From an uncultured Chloroflexia bacterium (GTDB lineage: Bacteria > Chloroflexota > Limnocylindria > Limnocylindrales > CSP1-4): DNA of 64,000 bases. Below are positions 44,477 through 55,240 of the stretch, one piece after another. How positions within the stretch are numbered: the stretch's first letter is position 1; every line of letters begins with the position of its first letter. The stretch spans positions 32,001 through 96,000 of the forward strand of contig CAVXPZ010000001.1 of NCBI GenBank assembly GCA_963763775.1. The letters are read 5' to 3'. Under the pieces are notes generated by a model. The model was not told where the DNA came from. It made no database searches and worked only from the letters and a program-made list of their open reading frames with translations. Position numbers and translations under genes: made by a program.

Positions 44477-45804
44477 GCCTCCCGATCGTCCCGCTCCTGG
44501 TCATCGTCGTCCTGACGGTGTTCGAGGCGTTCTTCGTCGCCGCGGAGATCGCCCTGGTCTCGATCCGGCGCAGCCGCGTCGAACAGCTCGCCGAGGAGGG
44601 CGACCACGGGGCCAAGCGAGTCCGGCGCCTGCTCAACGAGCCGGGCCGCTTCCTCGCGGTCTGTCAGCTCGGCCTCACGTTCATCGGGTTCTTCGCCTCG
44701 GCCTACGCGGCAGTCAGCCTCGCCGACCAGTTCACGACGGTCCTCGCCGGGGCCGGCATGGATGCGGGGACCGCCGCGGGCGTCGCGCTCGTCGTCGTGA
44801 CGATCCTGCTGGCCCTCTTCACGATCGTGTTCGCGGAACTCGTGCCCAAGACGCTGGCGCTCGCCCACGCCGAACGGTTCGCGATCACCCTTTCGCTGCC
44901 GATCGAGTTCCTGGCTCGCGCGCTCGGCCCGGTCATCCGCTTCCTGACCTGGATCACGAACGCGATCGTCCGCCTGTTCGGCGCCGAGGTCACCGGCGAG
45001 GCGCAGATCACCGCCGAGGAGCTGCGCCTGATCGTCGAGCGGGGTGGGGAGCAGGGCATCCTCGAGGCCGAGGAGGAGCAGATGATCAACGCGGTCATCG
45101 AGCTCGGCGACCAGCGCGTCCACGAGGTGATGGTCCCGCGGATCCACATGGTGACCCTGGCGGCCGACGCGTCGCTCGATGACGCGATCGACACGGTCAT
45201 CAACGAGGGGCACAGCCGGATCCCCGTGTTCGAGGGCACGATCGACGAGATCGTCGGCATCCTCTACGCGAAGGACCTGCTGCCGTTCCTCAAGGGCACC
45301 GTCGACCAGCGCCCGGCCGTGCGCTCGATCCTGCGGACGCCCGTGTTCGTGCCCGAGTCGATGACGGTCGACGACCTCCTGCACGAACTCCAGCGACGCA
45401 AGGTCCACCTCGCCATCGTGCTCGACGAGTACGGCGGCACGGCCGGCCTCGTCACGATCGAGGACCTCCTCGAGGAGATCGTCGGCGAGATCCAGGACGA
45501 GTACGACGAGGAGGAGCCGCTCATCACGAAGCTCTCCGACGATGAGGCGCGTATCGACGGGCGCGCCGCGATCGACGACCTCGAGGAGCTGTTCGACACA
45601 TCGCTCGGTCTCGAGGACGAGGACCAGTACGACACGGTCGGCGGGCTGATCTATCACCGGATCGGGGGCGTGCCGAAGCCGGGCGACCGGGTGTCGGTCG
45701 ACGGCCTGACCCTGACGGTCGAGACGACCGACGGGCGGCGTGTCGGCAAGGTCCTCGCGGTCCGCGAGCGCCCCGACCCCGAGGACGACGAGGACGACCG
45801 ATAG
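44473..45804 (+). CDS. Hemolysin/CorC (CNNM-CBS) family membrane protein
   Basis: FFVAAEIALVS, FAELVPKTLA, HSRIPV, LDEYGGTAGLVTIEDLLEEIVGEIQDEYD. Confidence 0.92.
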   Translation: MSLPIVPLLVIVVLTVFEAFFVAAEIALVSIRRSRVEQLAEEGDHGAKRVRRLLNEPGRFLAVCQLGLTFIGFFASAYAAVSLADQFTTVLAGAGMDAGTAAGVALVVVTILLALFTIVFAELVPKTLALAHAERFAITLSLPIEFLARALGPVIRFLTWITNAIVRLFGAEVTGEAQITAEELRLIVERGGEQGILEAEEEQMINAVIELGDQRVHEVMVPRIHMVTLAADASLDDAIDTVINEGHSRIPVFEGTIDEIVGILYAKDLLPFLKGTVDQRPAVRSILRTPVFVPESMTVDDLLHELQRRKVHLAIVLDEYGGTAGLVTIEDLLEEIVGEIQDEYDEEEPLITKLSDDEARIDGRAAIDDLEELFDTSLGLEDEDQYDTVGGLIYHRIGGVPKPGDRVSVDGLTLTVETTDGRRVGKVLAVRERPDPEDDEDDR

Positions 45805-45859
45805 GCCACCCGCTGGGCGCCTCGCCTCGCCCGAGCCGAGTTCATGCCGGGATCGCGAC

Positions 45860-46654
45860 GTGACCGACCTGGTGCCCGACGGCCGCGCGATCCCGCCACC
45901 TGGGCACGCCTCGCGGTTCTCGGTGATCGCGCATGGCGGGAGGACCGTCCTCGGGCCGCTCGCCGCCGATCGTCTCGATGCGCTCGCCGATGTGCTGGCG
46001 CTCGTGCCCGGCGCGCGGATCGTCGAGCTCGGCTGTGGCAAGGCCGACCTCCTGATCCGGGTGTTGCGGCGCTGGCCGACCGCGAGCGCCGAAGGGTTCG
46101 ACCGCAACCCGTGGTTCCTCGCCGACGCGCGGGCCGCGGCCGAGGTCGCTGGCGTCTCGGCACGGCTCTCGCTCATCGACACGGACGCGCCCGGCGTCAT
46201 GCTGGCCGGCCGCTCGGTGGATCTCGCGATCGCGATCGGGGCGACCGGCATCGTCGGCGAGGCGGCCGGGACGCTCGCGTTCCTGGCGTCGATCGTCGAG
46301 CCGGGCGGGCAGGTCGTGTTCGGGGACGGGGCGTGGGTCGCGCCGCCACCCGACGACGGACTGGTGGCCTTCGGCATGACTCGCGACGAGTTGCCCGACG
46401 GCATCGACGGCTTCACGGCCCTCGCTGCAGCCGCCGGCCTGGAGGCGATCGACGTGGCGCTCGCCTCGACCGCCGAGTGGGACGACTATGAGGATGCCTA
46501 CGCCGGCGCGATCGAGCATTGGGCCGCCGGCGTCAGCTCGGACGATCCCGACCGCGACGCCTTCCTGGCCCGGGCGGCCATGTTCCGGGAGACCTACGCC
46601 GGGTGGCGCCGCGCGTGCCTGGGCTTCGCGCTCGGCCGGTTCCGCCACCGCTGA
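45860..46654 (+). CDS. Class I SAM-dependent methyltransferase
   Basis: Motif I IVELGCGKA, PGGQVVFGDG; start approximate. Confidence 0.8.
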   Translation: MTDLVPDGRAIPPPGHASRFSVIAHGGRTVLGPLAADRLDALADVLALVPGARIVELGCGKADLLIRVLRRWPTASAEGFDRNPWFLADARAAAEVAGVSARLSLIDTDAPGVMLAGRSVDLAIAIGATGIVGEAAGTLAFLASIVEPGGQVVFGDGAWVAPPPDDGLVAFGMTRDELPDGIDGFTALAAAAGLEAIDVALASTAEWDDYEDAYAGAIEHWAAGVSSDDPDRDAFLARAAMFRETYAGWRRACLGFALGRFRHR

Positions 46655-46682
46655 TGCGCCGGCCGCGGCGCGGCCCGAAACG

Positions 46683-47708
46683 TCAGGCCGAGATCACCGA
46701 GACGATGATCTGCTCGAGGCGCGCGCGCGCCGCCGGGGTCACGACGCCCGCGGCATCGAGCTCGGCGAGGGCCTCGTCGCGGTAGCGGTGCGCCTGGTCG
46801 CGGGTGTACTCGCGGGCGCCCGTCCGCTCGAGGATCGCAACGACCTCGGCCACCTCCGCGTCGGTCATCGATGCGGTCGCGTGCAGCTCCGCGAGGCGGG
46901 CGCGGTCGTCCGGGTCGGCGGCCTCATGGGCGAAGATCACGGGGAGCGTCTGCTTCTTGTGCGCGACGTCGGAGGGCGCCTTGCCGGTCGCGCGCTCCGC
47001 GCCCCAGATGCCCAGCAGGTCGTCGTTGAGCTGGAACGCGAGGCCCAGGGCCCACCCGAACCCGCGGTATCGCGCGATGACGTCGTCGTCGTCGGTGGCG
47101 AGCAGCGCGCCGGCCTCGATGGAGGCGGCGATGAGCGACGCGGTCTTGCGGCCGATCATGTCGAAGTAGCGCTCGACGCTGATGAGCTCGTCCGAGGCGC
47201 TCATCGCGATGTCGAGGTACTGGCCCTCGCACAAGGCGAGGCACGTCTCGTCATAGAGGCGCATCAGCCGCAGGACCTTCGCGTCCGAGAACCCGAGGTC
47301 GGTCAGCCGGTGCAGCGCGATCCGCGACAGGCTGAAGAGGGTGTCGCCGGTGTTGATCGCCTGCGGGATGCCGTGGACGGTCCAAAGGGTGGGCCGGTGG
47401 CGGCGTTCCGTGTCGCCGTCCTCGATGTCGTCGTGGACGAGGCTGAAGTTGTGCCCGAGCTCGACGGCCGCCGCCCCGGGCAGCGCGCGCCGGTGGTCGC
47501 CGGCGATCGAGGCATAGGCGAGCAGGCCCAGCAGGGGCCGCATCCGCTTGCCGCCACTCGAGCCGGTGCCGTCGAGCGCCAGATGGTAGCGGACCATCTC
47601 GTACAGCCCGTGCGTCGAGGGATCCCGGTCCGCCACGAGGCGGACGAGCTCCGCCTCCGTGTCCGCGAGGAGGATCGACAGGTCGATGTCGGGGGAGACG
47701 GTCGTCAT
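46683..47708 (-). CDS. Polyprenyl diphosphate synthase (short-chain, GGPPS-like)
   Basis: GGKRMRP, FSLVHDDIED...RRHRPT, GQYLD, KTA, FQLNDDLLG. Confidence 0.93.
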   Translation of the reverse strand: MTTVSPDIDLSILLADTEAELVRLVADRDPSTHGLYEMVRYHLALDGTGSSGGKRMRPLLGLLAYASIAGDHRRALPGAAAVELGHNFSLVHDDIEDGDTERRHRPTLWTVHGIPQAINTGDTLFSLSRIALHRLTDLGFSDAKVLRLMRLYDETCLALCEGQYLDIAMSASDELISVERYFDMIGRKTASLIAASIEAGALLATDDDDVIARYRGFGWALGLAFQLNDDLLGIWGAERATGKAPSDVAHKKQTLPVIFAHEAADPDDRARLAELHATASMTDAEVAEVVAILERTGAREYTRDQAHRYRDEALAELDAAGVVTPAARARLEQIIVSVISA

Positions 47709-47907
47709 CGCAGCGGCAGTGTACATGAAACGTGTACCACGCAGGTAGCCTGTTGAGGCGGTCGGAACGGCCGGGTCCCGTGGCGCGCGTGAAACCCGGC
47801 CGGGCGTGAACGACGCCGGCGCGGGGGACGCGACCGCACCGGCGTCTACCCACCTGTACGTGCGCGCGGGCCGGTCGGATGAGGGCGACGGTGGTACCGT
47901 CGCCGGG

Positions 47908-48681
47908 ATGCCCGCACCGCGCCGCTACACCACCGACGCCATCGTCCTCTCGCGCTTCGATCTCGGCGAGGCGGACCGGGTGCTGACACTCATCACCCCC
48001 GGCGGCGGCAAGCTCAAGGCGATCGCCAAGGGGGTCCGGCGACCGACCTCCCGGCTGGGCGGCAGCCTCGAGCCGTTCGCGGAGCTGACGATCGCCCTGG
48101 CCCGTGGCCGGACGTTCGACGTCGTGACGCAGGTGAGCGTCGGGCATGCGTGGCTCAATCTCCGCAATTCGCTGGAAAGCGCCGCCACGGCCTGGTACAT
48201 CGCCGAGCTCGCCGACCGCTCGCTCGAGGAGCGGCACGCCGCAGAGCCCCTGTACTCGCTCCTCCGGCGCGCGTACGAGCTCCTCGACACGGGGATGGCC
48301 CCCGGGCGAGTGGCTCGCTGGTACGAGATGCACCTCCTGGACGAGCTCGGCGTCCGCCCGGAGGTCGACCGCTGCGTCGAGTGCGACCGGCTGCTCGAGT
48401 CCGCCGAGCGATTCCGCTGGGTGCCACCGCTCGGCGGCGTCGTCTGCGAGCGCTGCCCGGGCCCCGGCTACGACCGTGCCGGGCTGTCGCTCGAGGGGCT
48501 CAAGCTCCTCAAGGCGTACCAGCGACTCGACATCGAGGCCATCGCCGAGCTTCGGTTGGGTCCGACCGTGGAGCGCGAGGTCGAGGCGGCCCTGCGCGAG
48601 TTCGTCCGCGACGCCCTCGAGCGTGACGCGCGGTCCCTCGCGTTCCTCGACGAGGTCCGCCACGCCCCGGTCCCGGGCTGA
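47908..48681 (+). CDS. recO: DNA repair protein RecO
   Basis: GEADRVLTL, AKGVRRPTSRLGGSLEPF, CxxC...CxxC. Confidence 0.93.
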   Translation: MPAPRRYTTDAIVLSRFDLGEADRVLTLITPGGGKLKAIAKGVRRPTSRLGGSLEPFAELTIALARGRTFDVVTQVSVGHAWLNLRNSLESAATAWYIAELADRSLEERHAAEPLYSLLRRAYELLDTGMAPGRVARWYEMHLLDELGVRPEVDRCVECDRLLESAERFRWVPPLGGVVCERCPGPGYDRAGLSLEGLKLLKAYQRLDIEAIAELRLGPTVEREVEAALREFVRDALERDARSLAFLDEVRHAPVPG

Positions 48682-49190
48682 TGGCGACGGTCGAGCTCCG
48701 GGACATCGTCACCGAAGATGACTTCGAGGCGGTCTTCCGCCTCCGCCGTGGGCCGGGTCAGGATCGGTACCTCGGGCAGATGATCGGCCATTTCGAGGAC
48801 GCGATCAGCGACGCCCACGCGTGCCCGCGGTACTGGTCGGTCCATGACGGCCAGGACGGCGCGCTCGTCGGCTTCGTGATGATCAGCGACGGGATCCCGG
48901 CCGAGACGCTGGCGGCGGACGACGACATCGTCGGGCCGTACTACCTGTGGCGCCTGCTCATCGACGCCCCGCGACAGGGTCGGGGGTACGGGGCCGCCAC
49001 CATCGACGCGGTCGTGCGCTACCTTCGGACCCGTCCCGGCGCCGACGTGCTCCTGACCAGCTGCAAGGCCGGCCCGGGCTCGCCCCAGCCCTTCTACCTG
49101 CACTACGGGTTCGTCCCGACCGGCGAGGCCAAGTGGGGCGAGGACCTGCTGCGACTCGACCTGACCGATCGACCCGAGGAGGATGGATGA
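48681..49190 (+). CDS. GNAT family N-acetyltransferase
   Basis: YYLWRLLIDAPRQGRGYG, FYLHYGF. Confidence 0.85.
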   Translation: MATVELRDIVTEDDFEAVFRLRRGPGQDRYLGQMIGHFEDAISDAHACPRYWSVHDGQDGALVGFVMISDGIPAETLAADDDIVGPYYLWRLLIDAPRQGRGYGAATIDAVVRYLRTRPGADVLLTSCKAGPGSPQPFYLHYGFVPTGEAKWGEDLLRLDLTDRPEEDG

Positions 49191-49612
49191 CCGCGACGAT
49201 CGACGCTTCGAGCCCGAAGGGCGCGCGAGCGCTCGCGCGCCTCGACACCGAGCTGATCGGCTGGCTGACCACCACCAACCCCGACGGGCAGCCCCAGAGC
49301 TCGCCGGTCTGGTTCCTGTGGGTCGACGGAGAGCTCCTGGTCTACTCGGGCAAGCGAGCGCCACGGAACGCCAACCTCGAGGACCGGTCGCTCGTCGCGT
49401 TCAACCTCAACACCGATGCCGTCGGCGACGACGTCCTGACCATGGAAGGCGTGGCGCGGATCGACCCGGGCGGCGCCCCGGCGTCGGCGAACCCGGCCTA
49501 TCTGGCCAAGTACTCGGCCCTGCTCGCCGACTACGACTGGACGGCCGAGTACTTCTCGGGCGAGTACCCGGTGGTCGTCCGCGTGACCCCGACGCGGTGG
49601 CGGGTGGCCTGA
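49187..49612 (+). CDS. PPOX-class (probable F420-dependent) split-barrel protein
   Basis: WLTTTNPDGQPQSSPVWF, YLAKY, VVRVTPTRWR. Confidence 0.8.
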   Translation: MTATIDASSPKGARALARLDTELIGWLTTTNPDGQPQSSPVWFLWVDGELLVYSGKRAPRNANLEDRSLVAFNLNTDAVGDDVLTMEGVARIDPGGAPASANPAYLAKYSALLADYDWTAEYFSGEYPVVVRVTPTRWRVA

Positions 49613-49614
49613 GC

Positions 49615-50790
49615 GTGGGACGATGGCGCGGGGCCGCCATGGCCGCCACGGTCGGTGCGGTCGCCGTCGCCGGAGCCCGGGTCGGCGGGCGACGGGTCGT
49701 GGCGCGGACGGAACGCCGGCTCAACCCGACGGCGTTCACGCCGCCGTACTACGCGTCGGAGCGCGCGCGGGCCGTGCACGAGCGCCTGCTGATCGCCGAC
49801 CTGCACGCCGACTCGCTGCTGTGGGGCCGGGACCTCCTCCAGCGCGGCGACCGCGGGCACGTCGACGTGCCCCGGCTCATCGAGGGGAACGTCGCCCTGC
49901 AGGTCCTCGCCGCCACCACGCAGTCGCCGCGGCATCTGAACCTCGAGCGGAACGACGACGGCAGCGACGACATCATCCTGGTCGCGCTCGCGGAGGGTTG
50001 GCCGCCGGCGACGTGGCGGAGCCTCCTGGCGCGCGCGCTCCATCTCGCCGCCCGGGCCGACGCGACGGCACGGCGGTCGGGCGGCCGCTTCTCGATCATC
50101 CGGTCTCGGGCGGACCTGGCCGCCCACCTGGCGGTGCGCAGTCCGATCTGGCCGGTCACCGCCGGACTGCTTGCCATCGAGGGTGCGCACGCGCTCGACG
50201 GCGATCCCGCGAATGTCGACGTGGTAGCCGAGGCCGGCTTCCGGATGATGTCGCCGAGCCACTTCTTCGACAACGCGTTCGGCGGGTCCGCGCACGGCGT
50301 CGAGAAGGGCGGGCTCACCGCCTCGGGCCGGGAGATGGTCGAACGGATGGAGGCCCGCTCGATGATCGTGGACGTGGCGCATGCGTCGGCCGCGACGATC
50401 GCGGATGTCCTCGCGATGGCCACGCGTCCGGTCGTGGCCTCGCACACCGGCGTGTGCGGCGTGGCCGACAATGCCCGGAACCTCACCGACGACCAGTTGC
50501 GCGCCGTCGCGGGGACCGGCGGGCTCGTCGGGATCGGGTTCTGGCCGACCGCCTGCGGCGGCGAGGACGCGGCGGCCATCGCGCACTCCATCCGGTACGC
50601 CGTGGACGTCGCCGGGGCAGACCACGTCGGCCTCGGGTCGGACTTCGACGGCGCCGTCCAGGTGCCGTTCGACGCGTCCGGTCTCGCCCAACTGACCGAC
50701 GCCCTCCTCGATGCCGGTCTCGATGAGGACGTCATCGCGAAGGTCATGGGCGGCAACGCCCTCCGGCTGCTGGCCGAGACGCTGCCCTGA
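49615..50790 (+). CDS. Membrane dipeptidase (peptidase M19)
   Basis: DLHADSL, AIEGAH, VDVAHAS, SHTG, HVGLGSDFDG, MGGNALR. Confidence 0.88.
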   Translation: MGRWRGAAMAATVGAVAVAGARVGGRRVVARTERRLNPTAFTPPYYASERARAVHERLLIADLHADSLLWGRDLLQRGDRGHVDVPRLIEGNVALQVLAATTQSPRHLNLERNDDGSDDIILVALAEGWPPATWRSLLARALHLAARADATARRSGGRFSIIRSRADLAAHLAVRSPIWPVTAGLLAIEGAHALDGDPANVDVVAEAGFRMMSPSHFFDNAFGGSAHGVEKGGLTASGREMVERMEARSMIVDVAHASAATIADVLAMATRPVVASHTGVCGVADNARNLTDDQLRAVAGTGGLVGIGFWPTACGGEDAAAIAHSIRYAVDVAGADHVGLGSDFDGAVQVPFDASGLAQLTDALLDAGLDEDVIAKVMGGNALRLLAETLP

Positions 50791-50874
50791 ACCGTCGGCC
50801 TCGCCGCCTCTGGTAGCATCGAGGACCAGCATCCCGCGCGGCCCTGCCACGGTCGCGTACCAGCGGAGACCCCC

Positions 50875-52287
50875 GTGACCACCCCGACCCACCGCCCCGA
50901 CGACGTCGCGCCCGCCGTCGCCGACCTCGACACCATCGTGTCGCTCAGCAAGCGCCGCGGCTTCATCTTCCCGTCGTCCGAGATCTACGGGGGCATCAAC
51001 GCCGTGTGGGACTACGGGCCCCTCGGGGTGGAGCTCAAGAACAACGTCAAGCGGGCCTGGTGGCGCGCGATGGTCCAGGAGCGCGACGACATCGTCGGAC
51101 TCGATGCCGGGATCCTCATGCACCCGCAGGTCTGGGTGACGTCCGGCCACGTCGGGTCGTTCAGCGACCCGCTGGTCGAGTGCGCCACGTGCCGGCGTCG
51201 CTATCGGCTCGACGAGCTCCCGGGCGCGGAGGACCTCTCGGCCACGGACCTGCGCGACGAGGGGATCGTCGAGCGCCTCGGCCTCAAGTGCCCCAATGAC
51301 GGCGGGCCGCTCTCGCCGCCGCGCCGGTTCAACCTCATGTTCAAGACGTTCATGGGCCCGGTCGAGGAAGAGGCCTCGGTCATCTACCTTCGCCCCGAGA
51401 CGGCGCAGGGCTCGTACGTCAACTTCAAGAACGTCCTCCAGTCCTCGCGCAAGAAGCTGCCGTTCGGGATCGCCCAGATCGGCAAGTCGTTCCGCAACGA
51501 GATCTCGCCGGGCAACTTCGTGTTCCGGATGCGCGAGTTCGAGCAGATGGAGATGCAGTACTTCGTTCGCCCGGAGGGTGCGGCCGCCGCGGCGTTCGAG
51601 GAGTGGCTGCCGAAGCGTCGGGCGTGGTACGAGCGCTACGGCGTGACACCGTCACGCCTCCGCCTGCGAGAGCATGCGCCGGACGAGCTGGCGCATTACG
51701 CGAAGAAGGCGATCGACGTCGAGTACCGCTTCCCGTTCGGGTGGAAGGAGCTCGAAGGGATCCACAACCGCGGCGACTTCGACCTCTCGCGTCACTCCGA
51801 GGCGTCGGGGGAGACGCTCGAGTACTTCGATCAGGCGACCGACGAGCACGTGATCCCGTGGATCGTCGAGACGGCCGCCGGGGCCGACCGGGCCGCCTTC
51901 ACGTTCCTCATCGACGCGTACCGCGAGGAGGAGGTCCGCGGCGAGACGCGCGTCTCGCTCGCCCTGCATCCTGACCTCGCCCCGTACAAGGTCGCGGTCC
52001 TGCCCCTGCTCAAGAAGCGGCCCGAGATCGTGGAGCTGTGCCACAAGATCAAGGCGGACCTCCAACGGCACACCATGGCCGTCTACGACGACACCGCGGC
52101 GATCGGCAAGCTCTATCGCCGCCAGGACGAGATCGGTACCCCGTGGTGCGTGACCGTGGACGTCGACTCGCTCGAGGACGGCGCGGTGACCGTCCGCGAC
52201 CGCGACTCGATGACGCAGGAGCGCGTGCCGGTCGAGGGCGTCACGCGGCTCATCCTCGACCGCCTCGACACCGCCCGCATCGGGTAG
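50875..52287 (+). CDS. glyQS: Glycine--tRNA ligase (homodimeric alpha2 type)
   Basis: [51 protein letters not shown]. Confidence 0.96.
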   Translation: MTTPTHRPDDVAPAVADLDTIVSLSKRRGFIFPSSEIYGGINAVWDYGPLGVELKNNVKRAWWRAMVQERDDIVGLDAGILMHPQVWVTSGHVGSFSDPLVECATCRRRYRLDELPGAEDLSATDLRDEGIVERLGLKCPNDGGPLSPPRRFNLMFKTFMGPVEEEASVIYLRPETAQGSYVNFKNVLQSSRKKLPFGIAQIGKSFRNEISPGNFVFRMREFEQMEMQYFVRPEGAAAAAFEEWLPKRRAWYERYGVTPSRLRLREHAPDELAHYAKKAIDVEYRFPFGWKELEGIHNRGDFDLSRHSEASGETLEYFDQATDEHVIPWIVETAAGADRAAFTFLIDAYREEEVRGETRVSLALHPDLAPYKVAVLPLLKKRPEIVELCHKIKADLQRHTMAVYDDTAAIGKLYRRQDEIGTPWCVTVDVDSLEDGAVTVRDRDSMTQERVPVEGVTRLILDRLDTARIG

Positions 52288-52291
52288 CTCG

Positions 52292-53297
52292 ATGGCGGCG
52301 GCCGATCCCACCGGTAGCCGCATCGCCGCGACGGAGATCGCGGACCGTGTCCGCGATTGGCTCGCGACCCTGGACACACGTCAGCGCTCGCGAGCCGTCT
52401 TCCCGTTCGGCACGTCCGAACGATCCGTCTGGGGCTACGTCCCGGGACCACGTGAGGGCATGGCGCTCGGTGCGATGGACGCGGCGCAACGAGCGGCCGC
52501 GATCGCGATCGTGACGACCGCGATGAGCCCTCGGGGCGCGGCCGAGATCGCGTCCGTCATCGCGCTCGAGACGATCCTCGGTGACCTCGAGCGCGACGGT
52601 GGCCGACCCGGCTGGATCCGACGCGACCCGGACCTCTACTGGTTCGCCGTGTTCGGAGAGCCCCGAACGTGGCTCGCCGTGGTCGTGGCGGGTCGGTGGC
52701 CACCACATCGCGATCCAGCAAACCTTCGTCGGGCCGACCGCGATCGGGAGCGGTCCGTCGTTCCTGGGTGCCAACCCGGCGGTCGTGCCCCAGGGCCCGT
52801 CGGCGGGCGCCCGCGCCCTCACGGGCGAGGAGACACTGGCACACGAGCTGCTCACGAGCCTGACGCCCGGACAACGGCGCATCGCGGTCGCGGACGCGGT
52901 CGCGCCGCCGGACATCCGGAGCGGAGCCGGTCCACGCGCCGACGTGCGCGACATCCCGTTCGGCCTGCGCCACGACGCCCTGGACGACGCGCAGCGCGAC
53001 CGGCTCGAACGCCTGATCCGCCACTACCTGGACCGAGCCCGGACCGAGGTCGCGGCGATGGAGTGGGAGCGGATCCTTGAGGCCGGTCTCGGGGACGTGA
53101 CCTTCGCGTGGGCCGGGTCGGACGCGCCGGGCCAAGGTCACTACTACGCCGTCCGGGGTCCGCGGTTCCTCATCGAGTACGACAACACCCAGAACGGCGC
53201 GAACCACATCCACTCGGTCTGGCGTGACCTGGCCAACGACTGGGGCGAGGACCTGCTGGCCGCGCACTACCGGGCCGGGCACCCGCCGGCGCCGTAG
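52292..53297 (+). CDS. DUF3500-like protein (apparent +1 frameshift at ~52661-52670)
   Basis: WGYVP...G, YWFAVFGEP then PWSWRVGGHHI, PSFLGANP, YYAVRGPRFLIEYDNTQNGANHIHSVWRD. Confidence 0.75.
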
Positions 53298-53303
53298 CCC
53301 TCG

Positions 53304-53332
53304 GGAACCTTTTGGGCCCGTCGCGACGACTA
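53304..53332 (+). promoter_or_regulatory. Putative ECF-sigma autoregulatory promoter
   Basis: GGAACC-17 nt-CGACTA directly upstream of the ECF gene. Confidence 0.5.
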
Positions 53333-53381
53333 CCATCCTGAGCGCGGCGACCGTCGCCGCGCCGGCACGATGAGGGTGGCC

Positions 53382-53945
53382 GTGGACCAGCGAGAGCTCG
53401 TCGAGCGAGCGCAGCGAGGCGATCATGACGCCTTCGCCGAGCTCGCCCGCGTGTTCGTCGCGCGGCTGGACGCGGCGGCCCGACTCATCCTCCGGGACCA
53501 CGAGCTCGCGCGAGACGCGGTCCAGGAGGGCTTCATCCGAGCCTGGAAGAACCTGCCGACGCTTCGCGATCCGGATCGCTTCGAAGGCTGGCTCCGCAGT
53601 CTCGTCTTCCGCTCCTGTGTCGACGTCCTTCGACGTCGAGGCCGCCGACCGATCGAGGTCGAGCTGCTGCCGGCGGATTCGCCGGCGGTCGCCGACATCT
53701 CGTCGATCGTGGCCGACCGCGAATTGCTCGACCTGGCGCTCCGGCGCCTGCCGCCCGAGCAACGCGCGGTCGTCGTCCTGCACTACTACCTCGGGATGTC
53801 GTTGCCCGACGTGGCGACGACCCTCGGGATCCCCGTCGGGACCGCGAAGTCCCGCCATCACCGGTCGCTGGCCGCCATGCGGGCGGCGATCGACATCGAC
53901 GCGGATGTCTCGACATCTCCGGTCGCGGGAGGGCAGTTCGCATGA
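53382..53945 (+). CDS. ECF RNA polymerase sigma factor
   Basis: GDHDAFAEL, DAVQEGF, FEGWL, LPPEQRAVVVLHY, IPVGTAKSR. Confidence 0.92.
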   Translation: MDQRELVERAQRGDHDAFAELARVFVARLDAAARLILRDHELARDAVQEGFIRAWKNLPTLRDPDRFEGWLRSLVFRSCVDVLRRRGRRPIEVELLPADSPAVADISSIVADRELLDLALRRLPPEQRAVVVLHYYLGMSLPDVATTLGIPVGTAKSRHHRSLAAMRAAIDIDADVSTSPVAGGQFA

Positions 53946-55226
53946 CCGCCTTCGACCGGGTCGAGCGTCGCCTGCCCGAGCTCATGGACGAGCTCGCGTC
54001 GGCCAGCGTCCCCGACTACTTCGACGACATGCTCCAGCAAGCGGCGCGGACTCGTCAGCGCCCCGCCTGGAGCGCCCTGGAAAGGTGGCTCCCCATGGGC
54101 GAGATCGCCCGACCCCTCCCGATGCGCCCCATCCCGTGGCGCCCGATCGCGGTCCTCGCGTTGATCGGGCTGCTCCTCGCCGCGAGCGCGGTCTACGTCG
54201 GCTCGGCACGTCGTGTGCCGACCCCGTTCGGCGCAGCCACGAACGGGCTGATGTTCTATCACGGCGCGGACGGCGTCATCTACGCGGCGGACCCCCAGGG
54301 CGAGACGACCCGGCCCGTCGTGCACGGTGCCGAATCGTACGAATACCCGATCCTGTCCCGGGACGGCCGGCGGATCCTGTATGACCACACCGACGGGACG
54401 ACCTCGACCCTCTACGTCGCCGACGTGGACGGGTCGAACCCGCATCCGCTCGCTGGCACGCACCAGGGCTGGTCGTGGGCCGAGTGGTCGCCGGACGGCC
54501 GCCAGGTCGCGATCATCTCGACGGTCGCCGGTGTCCAGGCGCTGTCGGTCCTGGAGGCCGACGGTTCCGGGGCGCGGACCCTGCCGCTGGGTCGTGACGT
54601 GAAGCTGGCCTACTACCTGCCGGACGGGCGGTTCGCGCTCGTGGCCGCCGAGACGCCAGGCCAGGCCTGCCGCCCCGACGACGGCACGAGTCGATGCGCG
54701 CTGATGGTGGCGAACGCCGACGGGACGAACGCTCGAGACGATCCTGTCGGCGGCCGAGTATTCGGGTCTGAGCCTGTCGCCGTCGCCCGACGGCAAGAGC
54801 CTGCTCTACGTCCGCTGGGTGCCTGACGTAGAGCCGGGTCGGCTCCACGTGGTCGACATCGCGACCAAGCACGATCAGGCCTTGACGATCACCAACGAAG
54901 CGGCCGAGGAGAACATCAATGAGGCCGAGTACTCGCCGGACGGGAGCCACATCCTGTTCGACCGGTACGAGGCGACCGGCGAACACTGGGCGGTCGTGCC
55001 GGCCGCGGGCGGTACGGCCGTCAATGTCGGGCCGGCTTGGCCGCCCCGTCCGGACAGCACCGTGCCGGAAGCGCACTTCTCGCCCGACGGGGCATCGGTC
55101 CTGAGCTTCTATCCCACGACCGATGGCGCGGGCGAACTCTGGCTCCTCGATGCCACGGGCAGGACGCAGCGTCGACTCACGCTTCCCGCGACGTACGCGC
55201 CCGCGTGGCAGCGCACGGCGCCCTGA
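53942..55226 (+). CDS. Putative anti-sigma: N-terminal cytoplasmic helix, TM segment, TolB/PD40 beta-propeller (apparent +1 frameshift at ~54731)
   Basis: ATGA overlap with sigma; TM IAVLALIGLLLAASAVYVG; repeats LSRDGR, WSPDGR, SPDGK, YSPDGS, FSPDGA; ends APAWQR. Confidence 0.78.
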
Positions 55227-55240
55227 CGGTCGTCACGGAC

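Noticed and set aside
47719-47740. Imperfect dyad GTACATG-AAA-CGTGTAC between prenyl synthase and recO as a LexA box
   Set aside because: Does not match GAAC-N4-GTTC, occurs once, and overlaps a likely -10 element
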